A stretch of DNA of 32,000 nucleotides, from the sequence record MK250029.1; one strand, written 5' to 3'. This DNA is from Prevotella phage Lak-C1. The position numbers were made by a program, and so were the translations under genes. The notes beneath the pieces are model-generated. The model did not search any database and had not been told where the DNA came from. It saw nothing but the letters and a program-made list of their open reading frames with translations. Positions 29,119-32,000 of this stretch are shown one piece after another. How positions within the stretch are numbered: position 1 is the first letter of the stretch; the number at the start of each line of letters is the position of its first letter.

Positions 29119-29283
29119 TTAATATTATAATTATATTCTATATTATTTATCTAAATTATTCTTAGAATTATCATCATTTCTAAAAATATTTCGAAAATAT
29201 TTTAATTATTACCAACAAAATTAAACAAAAAGAATATAACTTTATATAGAGAATAAATTATTTATAATATATGATTAATTATA

Positions 29284-30162
29284 TTGAATATGAAGAAATT
29301 ATTTAAGTTAAATAATAATATTTGTGATCAGATATTTAATGAAGCACAAATACATTTTACTAAAAATTGTTCAAACAGATGTCCTTTCTGTATTGATGCA
29401 TTTAATAATGGTGTTGGAAATAAAAAACCAGATATAGATAAGATCTTTTTATCAGTATTAAATATAAAAGATAAAATAGATGATATTGCAATATCAGGTG
29501 GTGAACCAATGCTTTATATTGATGAGCTGCTACAATTAGTCAGAAATATAAAAAGATTTGCAAAATTAAATGTTACTGTTATTACATCAATGCCTATTAC
29601 ATGCTGGACACATAAAGAAACATTTTTCGAAATAATAAAGATAATAGATCATCTTATTATTTCCCCACAACATTATGACCAGGAAATTGGTGATAAAATC
29701 AGAGGTTGTAATTCATTTTATAATAGAGAAAAATTATTCAGTGAAATACCATATAAAAATAAAGTTTCATTAACTATTAATATTATAAAAGGTTATTTCA
29801 ATGATAAACAAGATATTATAGATAATATAAAGTTTTTTGAAAAATTAGGTTATTCTAATTTCAAATTAGCAGAAATATTTGAACATGATGAACTTTATGT
29901 TTCCATAGAGGATTTATTAGGTTTTAAATTACCTTCCCCTTTTTCATATGGATGTTCAACAAAACATTTTGATCTATCTCCATATTTAGGATATAATTCA
30001 AATTCTGATTTTACTATTAAACGATGCTGTTTTTATAAGACTCATAAACAACATGCGTCTATTAATGATTTATTGAAAATATTAATCAGACCATTTTTTG
30101 CAAAAAAATATTTTTTCTGTATTATATATGAAGATGGAAAAATTGTCAGAAGATGGTTCTAA
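29284..30162 (+). CDS. Radical SAM protein, 292 aa
   Basis: CSNRCPFC (CxxxCxxC) and DIAISGGEPMLY; extra C-terminal Cys (YGCSTKHFD, KRCCFYKTH, YFFCIIYED). Confidence 0.85.
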   Translation: MNMKKLFKLNNNICDQIFNEAQIHFTKNCSNRCPFCIDAFNNGVGNKKPDIDKIFLSVLNIKDKIDDIAISGGEPMLYIDELLQLVRNIKRFAKLNVTVITSMPITCWTHKETFFEIIKIIDHLIISPQHYDQEIGDKIRGCNSFYNREKLFSEIPYKNKVSLTINIIKGYFNDKQDIIDNIKFFEKLGYSNFKLAEIFEHDELYVSIEDLLGFKLPSPFSYGCSTKHFDLSPYLGYNSNSDFTIKRCCFYKTHKQHASINDLLKILIRPFFAKKYFFCIIYEDGKIVRRWF

Positions 30163-30183
30163 AAATAAAATTAGTTAATAATT

Positions 30184-30645
30184 ATGGATGTTAGAAAAAT
30201 ATTAGATAATATTACCAAATATATAGGTGATTATATTGCATCACATGCAGATAGAAATGAACTATTGAATAGTTATAATACTATAACAAAAATTGATAGT
30301 GCAATTAAAAATATTGATAGTACATTGGAAACAATAGATGATAATGAATTATCAGATCGATTAAAAGAATATAAACATAAGAAGGAAGAAGAAAAAGAAA
30401 AGATAATGGATGAATTACTGTATAAAGTATTACCTAAACCTTCTGTTATTGATATTAATGATTATTCAACAGATGGAAGTAATTATTATACATTAAATAG
30501 TAAGGAAAAAAATACACTAAATTTTAAAGAAGTAATTAAAGAAAAACCAAAAGAAAAACCAATAACTACCAGAGATTATTATGAAACATATTCAGGTGGA
30601 TGTGGAAATACATATAGTGGTTTTTCTCGTTCTGGAGGATGTTAA
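30184..30645 (+). CDS. Hypothetical protein with Gly/Cys-rich C-terminus, 153 aa
   Basis: Intact ORF ending DYYETYSGGCGNTYSGFSRSGGC*, 22 nt after the radical SAM gene. Confidence 0.75.
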   Translation: MDVRKILDNITKYIGDYIASHADRNELLNSYNTITKIDSAIKNIDSTLETIDDNELSDRLKEYKHKKEEEKEKIMDELLYKVLPKPSVIDINDYSTDGSNYYTLNSKEKNTLNFKEVIKEKPKEKPITTRDYYETYSGGCGNTYSGFSRSGGC

Positions 30646-30680
30646 ATAATAAATTAAATAAATTAATAAACTAATAAATT

Positions 30681-30770
30681 ATGAAATTTTTATTTTTTAT
30701 ATTTTTTATGTACATTATTATAAAGTTATTTAATAACAATAATAATAATTCAAATTTAAGTTTAAATTAA
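30681..30770 (+). CDS. Small membrane peptide, 29 aa (MKFLFFIFFMYIIIKLFNNNNNNSNLSLN)
   Basis: Short ORF with a hydrophobic helix; position only. Confidence 0.35.
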   Translation: MKFLFFIFFMYIIIKLFNNNNNNSNLSLN

Positions 30771-30800
30771 ATGAGTATACTATTTTAAATAAAGCACATT

Positions 30801-31736
30801 ATGACAAAAGATGATTTAATAAAGAAATTTCCTATACCACAATTTAGTAAGTTTCCTGATAACAAAATAAATGAATTAATAGATTTATGTCTTGATACAG
30901 CAAAGTCATATCATCAGGTAAATGATATGATTTATAATTATATCAAATATAATTTTACACATTCAACATATTTAATATTTGAAAGTGATACTGTTGATGG
31001 AGAACTGTCAAAAGATGAATTTGAAAATAATTTCAATTATGAAAGTTTTAATGCATGGTATTATGGATATTTGTCTAAAGATAATTATAATACATTGCTA
31101 AAGTATGGTGAATATTTAAATGGAAGAATAATAGATATTCCTACATATTCAATACAAGATTGGATTAAAGATGTTGAAATTTATTTTAAGTTAACACATA
31201 AATCTCATAGAACATTATTTGATGCATGTAAACTTATTTCTGATATTGTATATAAAGATGTTTTTGATGAGAATTACCAAAGTCTTAGAACAAAGTATCA
31301 TACTAAACAAACATTAATGCTTCAAGGATTGGGTATTCTATTGAAACAGAATTCAATGTCAAAAGTAACAAATGAAAATAAAGAAAAGTTTTATAAAGAA
31401 TTAATGAAATATTTCATGTATCCTAAATATTTTGGTTATATGAAAGAAAATTACAGATATTCATTATCAAAGAAAAAACTTCCAAGAAAGACAAAGAAAT
31501 TTTTACATAATCCTATGGTAAACAATATATCAGGACGAAATAGATTTAATCTTATTAAACAGCAACTTTTTTATAATCGAATATATTCTGATTATGGACC
31601 ATATGGAGAATTTCTTAATATATTCAGAAACGCAGGAATATCAGATGAGATTGCAAGAAAAATTTGTCCTTGGAAAGAATCTGCTATGATTAATTATGAA
31701 GATATGTCAGTTGTTGTAAATGGTATATATTATTAA
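30801..31736 (+). CDS. Hypothetical protein, 311 aa
   Basis: Intact long ORF, no TAG. Confidence 0.75.
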   Translation: MTKDDLIKKFPIPQFSKFPDNKINELIDLCLDTAKSYHQVNDMIYNYIKYNFTHSTYLIFESDTVDGELSKDEFENNFNYESFNAWYYGYLSKDNYNTLLKYGEYLNGRIIDIPTYSIQDWIKDVEIYFKLTHKSHRTLFDACKLISDIVYKDVFDENYQSLRTKYHTKQTLMLQGLGILLKQNSMSKVTNENKEKFYKELMKYFMYPKYFGYMKENYRYSLSKKKLPRKTKKFLHNPMVNNISGRNRFNLIKQQLFYNRIYSDYGPYGEFLNIFRNAGISDEIARKICPWKESAMINYEDMSVVVNGIYY

Positions 31737-31738
31737 TA

Positions 31739-32000
31739 TGAATGATAATCAATAGATAAATGATGATTATATAGTTTCTTTATTTTTTACAAGTAAAACA
31801 AATCCAAATAGAATAAGGAAAACAACATCATACATTATAGATAATAATGATGATATAAAAAATTATCTTATAAATAGGTTTCCTGATTTCAGAAATGATT
31901 TTAAAGAAGTTTTACACAGAATAAAATATAACATAGAAGAAATACCAAAATGTCCTGTATGCGGTAAACCATTAAAGTATTATGGTCTTTCTTCTATGCT
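31739..32000 (+). CDS. Partial CDS with TAG at codon 6 and a CxxC zinc-knuckle; possibly a nuclease N-terminus
   Basis: MNDNQ(TAG)INDDYIVSLFFTSKTNPNRIRKTTSYIIDNN…EEIPKCPVCGKPLKYYGLSSM, open to window edge. Confidence 0.6.

Noticed and set aside
1-32000. Suppressor tRNA (CUA) in this window
   Set aside because: No cloverleaf with CTA anticodon recognised by eye; expected elsewhere in the genome.

Overview
AT-rich window from a large Bacteroidota-type (Prevotella/Lak-like or similar) phage genome. The main result is that TAG is not a stop here. Many adjacent same-frame ORF fragments in the supplied track fuse into single conserved-looking proteins when TAG is read as an amino acid, by precedent Gln (genetic code 15). 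TAA and TGA still act as stops. The fused genes are: a 716-aa structural-like protein with about 15 in-frame TAGs; a 462-aa TnpB/Cas12-like RuvC nuclease with 12 TAGs and no zinc ribbon, of which the track shows only a 76-aa scrap; two FISUMP/DUF1566-type lectin-like proteins; a HEIKH metallopeptidase-like protein; a nucleotidyltransferase; a membrane-anchored protein; and a gp26-like baseplate hub protein. Nucleotide-metabolism and replication genes (DHFR-TS fusion, gp39-like topoisomerase, FolD, COG3541-like nucleotidyltransferase, ATPase) contain no in-frame TAG. Two promoter classes appear to track this split. Four copies of a rigid motif, ATTTTTTTATTT-N13-TATCTTTG, sit upstream of TAG-free genes. 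TATAAATA-like late motifs sit upstream of TAG-containing genes. Other notable elements are a triplicated ~105-bp sigma70-like promoter/leader repeat ending in a terminator, a ~490-nt tmRNA-like RNA locus, a radical SAM gene next to a Gly/Cys-tailed protein, a cluster of three exported LPP20-like proteins, and a His/Cys caspase-like candidate. All assignments come from reading the sequence by eye; no database search was run.
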